DNA from: Gemmatimonadota bacterium
Lineage (GTDB): Bacteria; Gemmatimonadota; Gemmatimonadetes; Longimicrobiales; Gaopeijiaceae
Direction: 5' to 3'
Length of the DNA: 64,000 bases
Assembly (NCBI GenBank): GCA_034521595.1
Contig: JAXHMG010000003.1
Span: 1,408,001-1,472,000 of the forward strand
A model generated the notes under the pieces. It was not told the origin of the DNA and searched no databases. It saw only the letters and a program-made list of their open reading frames with translations. Positions 1-8,504 of the stretch are shown here, piece by piece. A program made the translations under genes and the position numbers. Positions within the stretch are counted from its first letter, which is position 1. Every line of letters starts with the position of its first letter.

Positions 1-478
1 CCCGGCTCTCGTCCGCCATCACCCCCGCGAACCGGGGAGTTCCATCGTCCCCGAGCGTGATCCCCTGCCGCGTCGGCGTCGTGTAACCCGCGACACGCAC
101 GAAGCCATCGTGCATGGTAACGACTCCGTACTGCCGGCGATCGAGCTCGTCGTCCCACTCGGGATCCGTCACTCGGCGAATCACCTCTTCGGCCGTCAGC
201 CCCTCCTGAATCGCCTCGAACACCCGGTTCCTGTTGTCGATGTCGAAGCCGGCCTGGGTCGCGGCCGCCCCCATTCCCGGGACGAGCGCCGCTACACCGT
301 CGCCGAAGGTTTCCACGCACGACGCCACGGCGACTCCGACATCGCCCGACTCCGGATCGACCCCGACGACCGACCATGTGGTCATGTCGAGCTCGGTGGG
401 ATATTCGGGCTCGGGCGTCGCGCACCCGGTCATGGCCACCATGGGTAGCGCAAGAAGGATCGATCGGGTCAGGCGCAT
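1..478 (-). CDS. DUF1028 (Ntn-hydrolase-like) lipoprotein, 3' end beyond window edge
   Basis: Not in the ORF track because it is open at the edge. Manual translation from ATG 478: MRLTRSILLALPMVAMTGCATPEP...TTWSVVGVDPESGDVGVAVASC...RRQYGVV. Lipobox, DUF1028 N-terminal TWS.V..D..G.VGVA motif, and GGAG RBS upstream. Confidence 0.75.
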   Translation of the reverse strand, partial: MRLTRSILLALPMVAMTGCATPEPEYPTELDMTTWSVVGVDPESGDVGVAVASCVETFGDGVAALVPGMGAAATQAGFDIDNRNRVFEAIQEGLTAEEVIRRVTDPEWDDELDRRQYGVVTMHDGFVRVAGYTTPTRQGITLGDDGTPRFAGVMADESR

Positions 479-699
479 CTTCGCTCACTCCGTTGAATCG
501 GGTGCGTGCGCGCCGACGAGGACCGGCGCGGGCGCAAAGTACCGGTGCCATCCCCGCGCCGCCACCTTCCAGGCGAGCGGCGCCTTCAGCCCTGCCAGCG
601 TCCCGATCAGCGAGCTCGACGACGCCGCAGCCGAGAGGCCCTCGGCTGGATTTCGCGCCGGAGGTGGGCCACCATGAAGCAGAAAGGAGGTCAAACGAG

Positions 700-915
700 A
701 TGAGTGAGCACTTCATCGCCCTGGCCGGGCTCGGAATCTTCTTCCTTGCATTCGGTGTCTACAACTGGTTTCACCCGTTTATCGCGGCGACGGGCTTGAA
801 GCTACGTGTCGATCCTCAGCGTCTCGACGTCGTGCGTCGGACCATGGGGCGAATGGTCGCGGTCGCCATGTCCGTGATCGGTCTGGGCCTGCTCGTGATC
901 GCCTTCGGGGGTTAG
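700..915 (+). CDS. Small two-TM membrane protein (71 aa)
   Basis: Strong AAAGGAGG RBS before ATG 700; two hydrophobic segments (MSEHFIALAGLGIFFLAFGVY... and MVAVAMSVIGLGLLVIAFGG). Confidence 0.65.
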   Translation: MSEHFIALAGLGIFFLAFGVYNWFHPFIAATGLKLRVDPQRLDVVRRTMGRMVAVAMSVIGLGLLVIAFGG

Positions 916-975
916 CCCCGCTCCCCCCTCGATCTTCATCGGGAGCGCAACGACGTAACCACCGTCTTCGGGCAG
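916..975 (-). pseudogene. Possible remnant of a cyclase/kynurenine-formamidase-family C-terminus
   Basis: Minus strand reads LPEDGGYVVALPMKIEGGAG, resembling the family's LP..G..vvAlPmKi.gGsG motif; no start or upstream domain. Confidence 0.4.
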
Positions 976-982
976 GGGCCCC

Positions 983-1216
983 TCAGGCGTTGTCCACGAT
1001 GGTGCCGACGCCCTCCGCCTTCGCGCAGTGCGCACAGCAGAAGAACCGCCCGTCCGATTCTACCCCATGGCCCACGATCTTGCATCCACAGTGCTCGCAC
1101 ACGGGCGCGAGCTTGTGGATGGCGCACTCGAAGCTGTCGAAAACGTGGGTTTGACCGGCCGTCCGGACTTCGAACGCTCCGTAATAGTCGTTTCCGCACA
1201 CTTCACACACTGGCAT
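983..1216 (-). CDS. Cys/His-rich prokaryotic metallothionein-like protein (77 aa)
   Basis: MPVCEVCGNDY...FDSFECAIH..APVCEHCGC..GHG..FFCCAHCA; CAGGAGG RBS before ATG 1216. Confidence 0.8.
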   Translation of the reverse strand: MPVCEVCGNDYYGAFEVRTAGQTHVFDSFECAIHKLAPVCEHCGCKIVGHGVESDGRFFCCAHCAKAEGVGTIVDNA

Positions 1217-1562
1217 GGGATCCTCCTGTCGCCGTTGCCCGGATCCGGCGGACCAGAGCAGGAACGCTGCACGCGGACCTTCACCAATGTGGCGCGACGG
1301 CGACGAGGGCAAGCCCTCGATCGTGGGTGCACGTTCCCGCGACTTGCAGCTCGGTGGGGTCGACGTGGAGCGGAAGCCCGACACGGGCGGAGGCGCTCCC
1401 TCACCCTGGGAGGGCGCCTGCTCCCGTCGTGGTTGCCCGGGTCACGAGGCCCGCCCTACCTTCGTCCCCGGAACACGAGAGCGCTCGCGGCCGGACAACG
1501 TTCGGATTTCAGATTCTCTTACCCGCTGTGCGCATTGCACCCGCGCGGAAGGTGAAGACGCC

Positions 1563-3698
1563 ATCGCCGACCCGGAAACACTGCGTCCTCTCTTCTTCCC
1601 GCGGTCAGTGGCCGTGATGGGCGCGTCCAGGGATCCCGAGGCCGTGGGCCACCGTGTCGTCACGGCACTCCTCCGCGCGGGATTCCAGGGGCCCATCTAT
1701 CCCGTGAACCCCAGTGCGGACGCCATCGGCGGCGTCCCGGCGCATCCCTCCCTCTCATCCGTCGGCCGTCCGGTGGACCTTGCCGTCGTCACGGTTCCCG
1801 CGACTCGGGTGTCCGACGTCGTGGAGGACTGTGCCGAGGCCGGGGTCCGAGCTCTCGTGGTCGTCACCGCCGGATACGCCGAGGTGGGAGCCGAGGGGAA
1901 GGAACGCCAGGCATCCCTCGTGGCCCAGGCCAGGTCGCACGGGATGCGCCTCGTCGGTCCCAACTGCCTGGGCGTCATGCGAACGGATGCGGAGGTGCGC
2001 CTGAACGCCTCCTTTGCCCCCGACTTACCCCCGCCGGGACGAGTGGCGTTCTGCTCTCAGAGCGGCGCGCTCGGCGTGGCCGTCATCGCCCTGGCCCGGG
2101 AGATCGGTCTGGGCATGTCCACGTTCGTGAGCATCGGAAACCGCGCGGACGTCTCCGGAAACGACCTGCTGGAGTACTGGGAGACGGACGACGGCACGGA
2201 CGTCATCCTCTACTACCTGGAGTCCTTCGGCGATCCACGACGCTTCGCCCGCCTCGCCCGGCGGCTCGGGCGACGGAAGCCCATCGTCGTGGTCAAGTCC
2301 GGACGATCGGAAGCGGGCAGGCGCGCCGCTTCGTCTCACACCGCGGCCCTCACGTCCCCGGACACGGCCGTCGAGGCCCTGGTGCGCCAGGCGGGCATTA
2401 TCCGCGCCGACACCCTGCAGGAGATGTTCCACGTCGCGAGGACGCTGGTCCACCAACCGCTTCCTCGGGGGCGGCGCGTCGCGGTGCTCACGAACGCGGG
2501 AGGTCCGGCCATCCTTTGCGTCGACGCGCTTCAAGCCGCCGGCCTGGAGGTCCCCGAGCTGAGCGACGAGGTGAAGGAGGCGCTGCGTCGCTTCCTGCCC
2601 CCCGAGGCCAGCGTCCGGAATCCCGTCGATATGATCGCGGCGGCCGGGCCGGAGGAGTATCGCAGGGCCATATCGGTGCTTTTGGCGGACAACGGGATCG
2701 ACGCTCTCGTCATCCTCCACACGCCGGTGGGTGTCCACTCGGCCGAGGCGATGGCCGGAGCCGTCTGCGAAGGGCTGGATGAGGGCCGTCGCCGGGGCGG
2801 AGACGGCAAACCGGTGCTGGCGTCCATCGTGGGAACCGGTCCGAGGTCGCACGCGCTGACGTCGTCGGAGGGCGAAGTGGTCCCCGCATTCCTCTTTCCC
2901 GAGGAGATCGGGGCGACGTTGGGGAAGGTCACGCGCTACGCGGAGTGGCGAGCCACGCCCGACGGCCAGTATGTAGCTTTCGGGGATCAGGCGCTGGAGG
3001 ACGCACGGGACATCTGCCGGCAGGCGATGGAAGAGCGCGGGTCGGGGTGGCTCGGAGCCGGGGAGGCCCGGGCCGTGTTGGAAGCCGCCGGCGTCACCAC
3101 GACACCCGGTGGGGTCGCCGGCACCGCGGGCGAGGCCGTCGCCCTCGCCGACGCGGTAGGGTACCCCGTGGCTCTCAAGCTGGCATCCACCCGCCTGGTC
3201 CATAAGACGGAAGTGGGTGGTGTGCGGTTGAGGCTGGAGGATGCCGAAGCCGTACGCAGCGCGTTCCAGGAGATGCAGGAGAGGTTGAAGGCGGAGGGAC
3301 AGGGGACACACATGGAGGGCGCCCTCGTTCAGCCCATGCTGGCGGGCACCGCCGAGATCATGATCGGCGCGCGGGCCGACCGCCTCTTCGGACATATCCT
3401 GGCGTTTGGACTGGGAGGGATCCACGTGGAGATTCTGCGGGACGTATCGTTCCGGGTCGCCCCCCTCACCGACCTCGATACCGCCGAAATGGTGCGGGAC
3501 ATCCGTGGCTTCCGCCTGCTCGAAGGCTACCGTGGCCACCCGTCCGCGGACGTGCCGGCTCTCGAGGACGCTCTTCAGCGGATATCGCGGCTGGTGGAGG
3601 CGGTTCCGGAGATCGAGGAGATGGACCTGAATCCGGTGTTCGCACTCGAGCCGGGACGGGGTTATCGGGTGGCGGACGTCCGAATCCGGGTCGCATGA
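1563..3698 (+). CDS. ADP-forming acetate/acyl-CoA ligase, alpha-beta fusion (CoA-binding, ligase and ATP-grasp domains)
   Basis: LFFPRSVAVMGAS, GPNCLG, SQSGALG, catalytic-His motif AASSHTAAL, TNAGG, HKTEVGGV, EMDLNP. Start is uncertain: homology begins near 1563 (ATC after GGAAGGTG), while the ORF track extends to 1215. Confidence 0.85.
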   Translation: MADPETLRPLFFPRSVAVMGASRDPEAVGHRVVTALLRAGFQGPIYPVNPSADAIGGVPAHPSLSSVGRPVDLAVVTVPATRVSDVVEDCAEAGVRALVVVTAGYAEVGAEGKERQASLVAQARSHGMRLVGPNCLGVMRTDAEVRLNASFAPDLPPPGRVAFCSQSGALGVAVIALAREIGLGMSTFVSIGNRADVSGNDLLEYWETDDGTDVILYYLESFGDPRRFARLARRLGRRKPIVVVKSGRSEAGRRAASSHTAALTSPDTAVEALVRQAGIIRADTLQEMFHVARTLVHQPLPRGRRVAVLTNAGGPAILCVDALQAAGLEVPELSDEVKEALRRFLPPEASVRNPVDMIAAAGPEEYRRAISVLLADNGIDALVILHTPVGVHSAEAMAGAVCEGLDEGRRRGGDGKPVLASIVGTGPRSHALTSSEGEVVPAFLFPEEIGATLGKVTRYAEWRATPDGQYVAFGDQALEDARDICRQAMEERGSGWLGAGEARAVLEAAGVTTTPGGVAGTAGEAVALADAVGYPVALKLASTRLVHKTEVGGVRLRLEDAEAVRSAFQEMQERLKAEGQGTHMEGALVQPMLAGTAEIMIGARADRLFGHILAFGLGGIHVEILRDVSFRVAPLTDLDTAEMVRDIRGFRLLEGYRGHPSADVPALEDALQRISRLVEAVPEIEEMDLNPVFALEPGRGYRVADVRIRVA

Positions 3699-4870
3699 GC
3701 GAAGTCTCCGTCATGACCCTCACCATAGGAGCTGTGCTCCTTCTGGGACTCGTGGCGGATGCTCTGGCGAGCCGGACCCCCCTACCCCGCGTGACCGTCC
3801 TCATGCTGCTGGGCGTCCTCGCCGGCCCCACCGGCTTCGACCTCCTCCCGCCAGGTCAGGAGACCTGGTTCACGGTGACGGCGGACATTGCCCTCGTGAT
3901 GATCGGCTTCCTCCTGGGCAGCGAGTTCACGAGGAAGCATGTGCAGGAGCTGGAAGCGGTGGTCTTCCGCATCGCCATCATGCAGTCGGTAATCACGGCA
4001 GCGATGGTGGGAGGAGGTCTCCTCGTCGTCGGCGTCCCGCCCGAGATCGCGCTTCCCCTGGGGGGGATCGCCACCGCCACCGCTCCCGCCGCCACCCTGG
4101 CGGTGGTGAAAGAGTCGGGAGCTCGCGGCCGTTTTGTGGATGTCCTCAAGGGGGTCGTTGCCGTGGACGACATCATGGGCATCGTTCTCTTCACCGTGCT
4201 GGTCGCCGGTTCGGGAATCTTGACGGGGGACGGTACCCATGCCGATGCCCTCGTCGAGGGCATACGCGAGATCGCGGGCTCCATCCTCCTGGGTCTCGCC
4301 ATCGGTCTCCCCGCTTCCCGTCTCACGGGCCGGATACGGCCGGGCGAGGCGACGCTGGAGGAGGCGCTCGGGCTGGTTCTTCTATGCGCAGGCCTCGCCG
4401 GTTGGCTCGATGTGCCGCCCATCCTCACGGCCATCGTCATGGGCGCGAGCCTGGCCAACCTCGCCCACCACCACGAGCGAGCCTTCCACGAGATCGAGAG
4501 GATCGAGTGGCCGTTTCTCGTGGTCTTCTTCGTATTGGCGGGGGCCTCACTGGAGGTCCGAGTCCTGGAGTCCGTGGGTTGGCTGGCCGCGGGCTATGTG
4601 ATCCTCCGCATCGCCGGGAAGCTTCTGGGGGCCGCGCTGGGCGCACGCTGGGCATCGATCGACGGTGTCATCGCTCGGTGGCTCGGCCTGGCTCTGCTGC
4701 CCCAGGCCGGAGTGGCACTGGGGCTCGCGCTGGCCGCGAGCCTACGGTTCCCGGAAGCCGGGACGACGGTCTTGAACGTCGTCGTGGCCGCGACCGTGCT
4801 GTTCGAGCTCGCGGGTCCCCTCCTTACCCGACTCGCCCTACAGCGGACGGGCACCATAAAACAGCCGTGA
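3695..4870 (+). CDS. Cation:proton antiporter (CPA2-like Na+/H+ exchanger)
   Basis: Many TM helices with ATAPAAT, VAVDD, FFVLAG and LLPQAGVALGL motifs; ATGA overlap with the ligase stop. Confidence 0.85.
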   Translation: MSEVSVMTLTIGAVLLLGLVADALASRTPLPRVTVLMLLGVLAGPTGFDLLPPGQETWFTVTADIALVMIGFLLGSEFTRKHVQELEAVVFRIAIMQSVITAAMVGGGLLVVGVPPEIALPLGGIATATAPAATLAVVKESGARGRFVDVLKGVVAVDDIMGIVLFTVLVAGSGILTGDGTHADALVEGIREIAGSILLGLAIGLPASRLTGRIRPGEATLEEALGLVLLCAGLAGWLDVPPILTAIVMGASLANLAHHHERAFHEIERIEWPFLVVFFVLAGASLEVRVLESVGWLAAGYVILRIAGKLLGAALGARWASIDGVIARWLGLALLPQAGVALGLALAASLRFPEAGTTVLNVVVAATVLFELAGPLLTRLALQRTGTIKQP

Positions 4871-4896
4871 CGGGCCCTTGCGGCCGTTTCCGAAGA

Positions 4897-5600
4897 CGGC
4901 CCGCTGGCGCGGGTCACCCGCTCGGGCCGCTCGGCTCAAACCCACTTTGCGCTCTCCTCCGGAGATCGCCGTGGGTTCGACGCCACGATGACTCGACCCG
5001 GCAGCTCGTAGGATCCTGCCGGTACTTTCAACGGAGGGGGTGGGATGGAGCTCCGGGCGCGCCTGCGGCGCGTCCTCGCTCGGCTCGCGGACCCCCTTGG
5101 CCGGCCCGCTCCGCGGGACACCCGCTCGGGCCGCTCGGCTCGAACCCACTTCGCGCTCTCCTGCGGAGATCGCCGTGGGTTCGACGCCACGATGACTCGA
5201 CCCGGCAGCTCGTAGGACCCTGTCGGTACTTCCAACGGAGGGGGTGGGATGAGCTCCGGGCGCGCCTGCGGCGCGTCCTCGCTCGGCTCGCGGACCCCCT
5301 CGCCGGGCCCGCTGCGCGGGACACCCCGCTGGGCCGCTCGGCTCGAACCCACTCGGCGCTCGCCTGCCGGAGATCGCCGTGCGGTTCGACGCCACGATGC
5401 ACCGACCCGGCGAGCTCGTAGACTCCTGTCGGTTACTTCCAAGCGGAGGGGTGGGATCGGAGCTCCGGGCGCGCCTGCGGCGCGTCCTCGCTCGGCTCGC
5501 GGACCCCCTTGGCGGGCCCGCTCCGCGGGACAGCCCGCTCGGGCCGCTCGGCTCGAACCCACTTCGCGCTCTCCTCTGGAGATCGCCGTGGGTTCGACAG
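4897..5600 (-). repeat. tRNA-Ser-linked tandem repeat, ~204-208 bp unit, ~3.5 copies
   Basis: CGGAGGGG(G)TGGGAT recurs at 5032, 5236, 5444 and in the tRNA itself at 5651. Units are near-identical, though the one ending near 5450 has many small indels. Confidence 0.95.
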
Positions 5601-5650
5601 TCAGGCGAGGAAGCAAATAAGCCTCTACCGACCAAAAAGGTCGGTCGAAA

Positions 5651-5734
5651 CGGAGGGGGTGGGATTCGAACCCACGTGGGCTTGCGCCCGCCGGTTTTCA
5701 AGACCGGTGCAATGAACCGCTCTGCCACCCCTCC
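5651..5734 (-). tRNA. tRNA-Ser (anticodon UGA), CCA not encoded
   Basis: GGAGGGGTGGCAGAGCGGTTCATTGCACCGGTCTTGAAAACCGGCGGGCGCAAGCCCACGTGGGTTCGAATCCCACCCCCTCCG: long variable arm, T-loop TTCGAAT, discriminator G. Confidence 0.95.
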
Positions 5735-5797
5735 AAGGTATTCGAACGATACGAAATTCTGCGGTCGAGCTGCAGGGCCGCGGCCGGGATACCACAC

Positions 5798-5829
5798 AAA
5801 AGCCTCCACGACCGGGAGGTCGTGAGGGC
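5798..5829 (-). terminator. Intrinsic terminator after the duplicated tmRNA 3' end
   Basis: Minus strand GCCCTCACGACC-TCCC-GGTCGTGGAGGC followed by TTTT. Confidence 0.65.
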
Positions 5830-5997
5830 ATGGAGGCGGCGGGCGTCCGCTGCGGTCGGCGCTTTGCGCCGATCCTTGCAGGTCTCGCGGGGAAACCGTA
5901 CCGGGCCATGCGGCGAACACCCGCTTGGCCGCTCGGTTCAAACGCCGCGTTCGGGGCGCTACGCGCCCCCGTGGGTTCGCCTCCCGCTGCCTCCATG
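5829..5997 (-). repeat. tmRNA-linked repeat unit with direct and inverted copies of the tmRNA 3' end
   Basis: CATGGAGGCGGCGGG at 5829 is identical to the tmRNA end at 6040 (211 bp apart); the inverted copy GTGGGTTCGCCTCCCGCTGCCTCCATG is at 5971-5997. Confidence 0.85.
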
Positions 5998-6006
5998 GGA
6001 CAAACG

Positions 6007-6040
6007 AAAAGGGCCCTACCGGATCTGACCGATAGGGCCC
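6007..6040 (-). terminator. Intrinsic terminator of ssrA
   Basis: Minus strand GGGCCCTATCGG...CCGGTAGGGCCC followed by TTTT, directly after the tmRNA 3' end. Confidence 0.8.
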
Positions 6041-6041
6041 A

Positions 6042-6394
6042 TGGAGGCGGCGGGAGTCGAACCCGCGTCCGCGAATGAATTCAGTAGAGCCTCTACGTGC
6101 GTAGAACGCTGAAAAATCTCGTCACGGCGAGCCAGCGATCAACTCGATCCGCGACCAGCCACCTTGAATCTCGTCTACCGGCTCGGCGGCACAACCGGAA
6201 GACCAGCCCGACTTATCGTCGCCTCAAGGAACGCCTCGGGCGGGCGATCCAGGAGACGGGCTACGTAAGGGTTACTTACGCGGCCAGCGCCATGTTGTTG
6301 TTGGCAGCTATTGAATTTCCCGAGTATTTACGAGGATCAGGACCTCGGCACGCAACTCCACCTTCACCAAACACGTCGAAGCCGTGTCGCCCCC
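6042..6394 (-). ncRNA. ssrA: tmRNA, tag (A)ANNNMALAA
   Basis: 5' GGGGGCG pairs with 3' CGCCTCC-A including a G3.U pair; T-arm GGTTCGACTCC; resume context ATAGCT-GCC AAC AAC AAC ATG GCG CTG GCC GCG TAA. Confidence 0.95.
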
Positions 6395-6546
6395 GTGTCG
6401 CGCGGACGAGCGAGCTCGCCGCGCTGTGAAGGCTCTTTCAAACAGCACCTTCGTTACCTTCGACTACATACTACACGGAGGCACCCTCAATGGTCCATAG
6501 TCGGGAGGAGATCCGAGCCCGATGAACGGTCGGCGGGATCCGTCGG

Positions 6547-7545
6547 CTATGCCGGAACGGCCGTCCGGTGCCGGTCGAGATATGCCTCGAGGATCCTCTC
6601 GACCTCCTCGAGCGACTCCGTCTGGAAGAGCTCGCTCCGGAGCTTCCGCCCGTCGGGAAGCCCCTTCGTGTACCACCCGAGATGCTTCCGGAAGTCGATG
6701 ATGGCCCGGTCCGGATCGTGCTCGAACGCGATGGCGTTGCGCGCGTGCTCCAGGCAGATCTCGAAGCGTTCCTCGACGTCCGGGTCGGGAGGCACGGGTC
6801 GCCCGTCGAGGGCGGCCCGGGCTTGAGCAAACGTCCATGGATCCCCGTGTGAGCCGCGGGCGATCATGATGCCCGCGCACCCCGTCTCCTCCCGCATGCG
6901 GAGGGCATCGGCACCCTCGACGATGTCCCCGTTGCCGATGACGGGAATATCGAGCGCCTCCACGACGTCGCGAATCTCGGACCACCGTGCCTCACCGGAG
7001 TACATCTCCGACCGCGTGCGCGGATGGAGGCAAAGCGCCCGGGCGCCCGCGTCCTGGCAGCGGAGCGCGATCCCGACCGGATCCCGGGTCGGCTCGTCGA
7101 AGCCCGAGCGGATCTTCACGGTGGTGGGAAGGTCGGTCGCGTCGTCCACGGCGCGCACGATGCGGTCCACGAGGTCCAGGTCGCGCAGGCACCCCGAGCC
7201 GCCGTTGCGCTTCACGACCTTCTTGACCGGGCATCCGAAGTTGATGTCGACGTAGTCGGGGCGGTACGCGTCGGCGACCAGCGCGGCCGCATCCGCCATC
7301 ATGGCCGGATCCGCGCCGAAGATCTGGACACCGATCGGCCGCTCGTCGTCGTCGAAGCGCAGGTACTCCCGCGACCGCCGGGAGCCCATCACGAGGCCGG
7401 CGGCGCTCACGAATTCGGTCACGACGACGTCCGCGCCGAACCGCCGGCAAAGCCGGCGGAACGGTGACTCGCTCACCCCGGCCTGGGGCGCGAGATACAA
7501 CGGCGTACGCTCGCTCCGGAGCAACTCGAACATGTCGAAGGGCAT
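6547..7545 (-). CDS. dusB: tRNA-dihydrouridine synthase B
   Basis: LAPQAGVS, QIFG, DINFGCPVKKV, TVKIRSG, PVIGNGDI, RKHLGWY; start taken as ATG 7545. Confidence 0.9.
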   Translation of the reverse strand: MPFDMFELLRSERTPLYLAPQAGVSESPFRRLCRRFGADVVVTEFVSAAGLVMGSRRSREYLRFDDDERPIGVQIFGADPAMMADAAALVADAYRPDYVDINFGCPVKKVVKRNGGSGCLRDLDLVDRIVRAVDDATDLPTTVKIRSGFDEPTRDPVGIALRCQDAGARALCLHPRTRSEMYSGEARWSEIRDVVEALDIPVIGNGDIVEGADALRMREETGCAGIMIARGSHGDPWTFAQARAALDGRPVPPDPDVEERFEICLEHARNAIAFEHDPDRAIIDFRKHLGWYTKGLPDGRKLRSELFQTESLEEVERILEAYLDRHRTAVPA

Positions 7546-7665
7546 GCTCGAAGCTACCCGCGCTCGCGGCACTGGTGAAGCCCGGGGATCGACGCGCTGC
7601 GCGCGATCCCCTATTCTCGTAACGATCATCCAACGAACATCCGACCTGTAGTTCGGAGGACATAT

Positions 7666-8118
7666 ATGCAGCTCACAGAGCTGTTCACGGCCGACGCCGT
7701 GAAGCTCCAACTCGAAGCGGAGACCAAAGACGATCTCCTGAAAGAGTTGATCTCCCTCCTCGACCTCGACGAAAAATCCGAGGCCATCCTTTTCAAGACG
7801 GTGAAGCGCCGCGAGAACCTGGGCTCGACGGGCATCGGCAAGGGCATCGCGATCCCGCACTGCCGCTCCCTGGTCGCGAACCGCCTGCGCCTCGCCTACG
7901 GTCGCAAGCCCGGCGGTATCGACTTCAACGCGATCGACGGCTCGCCGGTATACAACTTCTTCCTGATCGTCGCGCCCCCGCTCGAAGTGTCCAACCAATA
8001 CCTTCCCGTGTTGGGTAAGATCGCACAGTTCGCGAAGGATCCCGAGGTGCCCGACCTCCTGCTCGGGCTGGAGAGCCCGGAAGAGTTTCTCCAGCTACTC
8101 GAAGAGAGGTCCCGATGA
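7666..8118 (+). CDS. PTS EIIA component (Ntr/fructose-mannitol family)
   Basis: RENLGSTGIGKGIAIPHCR with the phospho-His, GIDFNAIDG; GGAGG RBS. Confidence 0.9.
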   Translation: MQLTELFTADAVKLQLEAETKDDLLKELISLLDLDEKSEAILFKTVKRRENLGSTGIGKGIAIPHCRSLVANRLRLAYGRKPGGIDFNAIDGSPVYNFFLIVAPPLEVSNQYLPVLGKIAQFAKDPEVPDLLLGLESPEEFLQLLEERSR

Positions 8119-8471
8119 ACGCACAACTCGTGGCCATGCTGGAGATCCAGGACCTGACCTCCAAGGCTCGCGAACTCGAAGGGGATGAGTTGGGCGACCT
8201 GGAACGGGCCCACTTCGGGGTGAATCCGGAGGAGGCCGCGTCGACGTTACGCCAGAAGGCCGATGAGCTCCTCGAAGAGCTCGAGCCCAGGATCCGGCAA
8301 CGGTTCAGGACGATTTCGGGACGGGTGGATCGAGCGGTGGTGCCGGTGATCGGCGGCACGTGCTTCGGTTGCTTCGTGTCGATCCCCACGGCCACCGCGG
8401 GCGAGCAGGACCCGAATGCGACGCTTCAGAGCTGCGAGACCTGTGGACGCTTCATCTACATTCTGGGGTGA
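8115..8471 (+). CDS. Short C4-type zinc-ribbon protein (DUF164/CT398-like)
   Basis: AVVPVIGGTCFGCFVSIP...CETCGRFIY; ATGA overlap with EIIA. Confidence 0.75.
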   Translation: MNAQLVAMLEIQDLTSKARELEGDELGDLERAHFGVNPEEAASTLRQKADELLEELEPRIRQRFRTISGRVDRAVVPVIGGTCFGCFVSIPTATAGEQDPNATLQSCETCGRFIYILG

Positions 8472-8504
8472 GCGAGAGGCGTCCGCCCCGGCCCGGTAGG
8501 GTAT

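Noticed and set aside
110-677. Plus-strand ORFs 110-448 and 234-677
   Set aside because: Antisense to the DUF1028 gene.
4897-5600. CRISPR array or protein-coding repeats (ORFs 4838-5941, 4936-5616, 4384-5421)
   Set aside because: Units are ~205 bp with no unique spacers and no cas genes. The ORFs are low-complexity translations of the repeat, one crosses the tRNA, and frames shift between copies.
5651-5734. tRNA-Sec, given selB nearby
   Set aside because: The anticodon is UGA (reads Ser UCA), not UCA, and the acceptor stem is a normal 7 bp.
5735-6041. Prophage or integrative island at tRNA-Ser or ssrA
   Set aside because: 3'-end duplications exist, but no integrase, phage or cargo genes lie between them.
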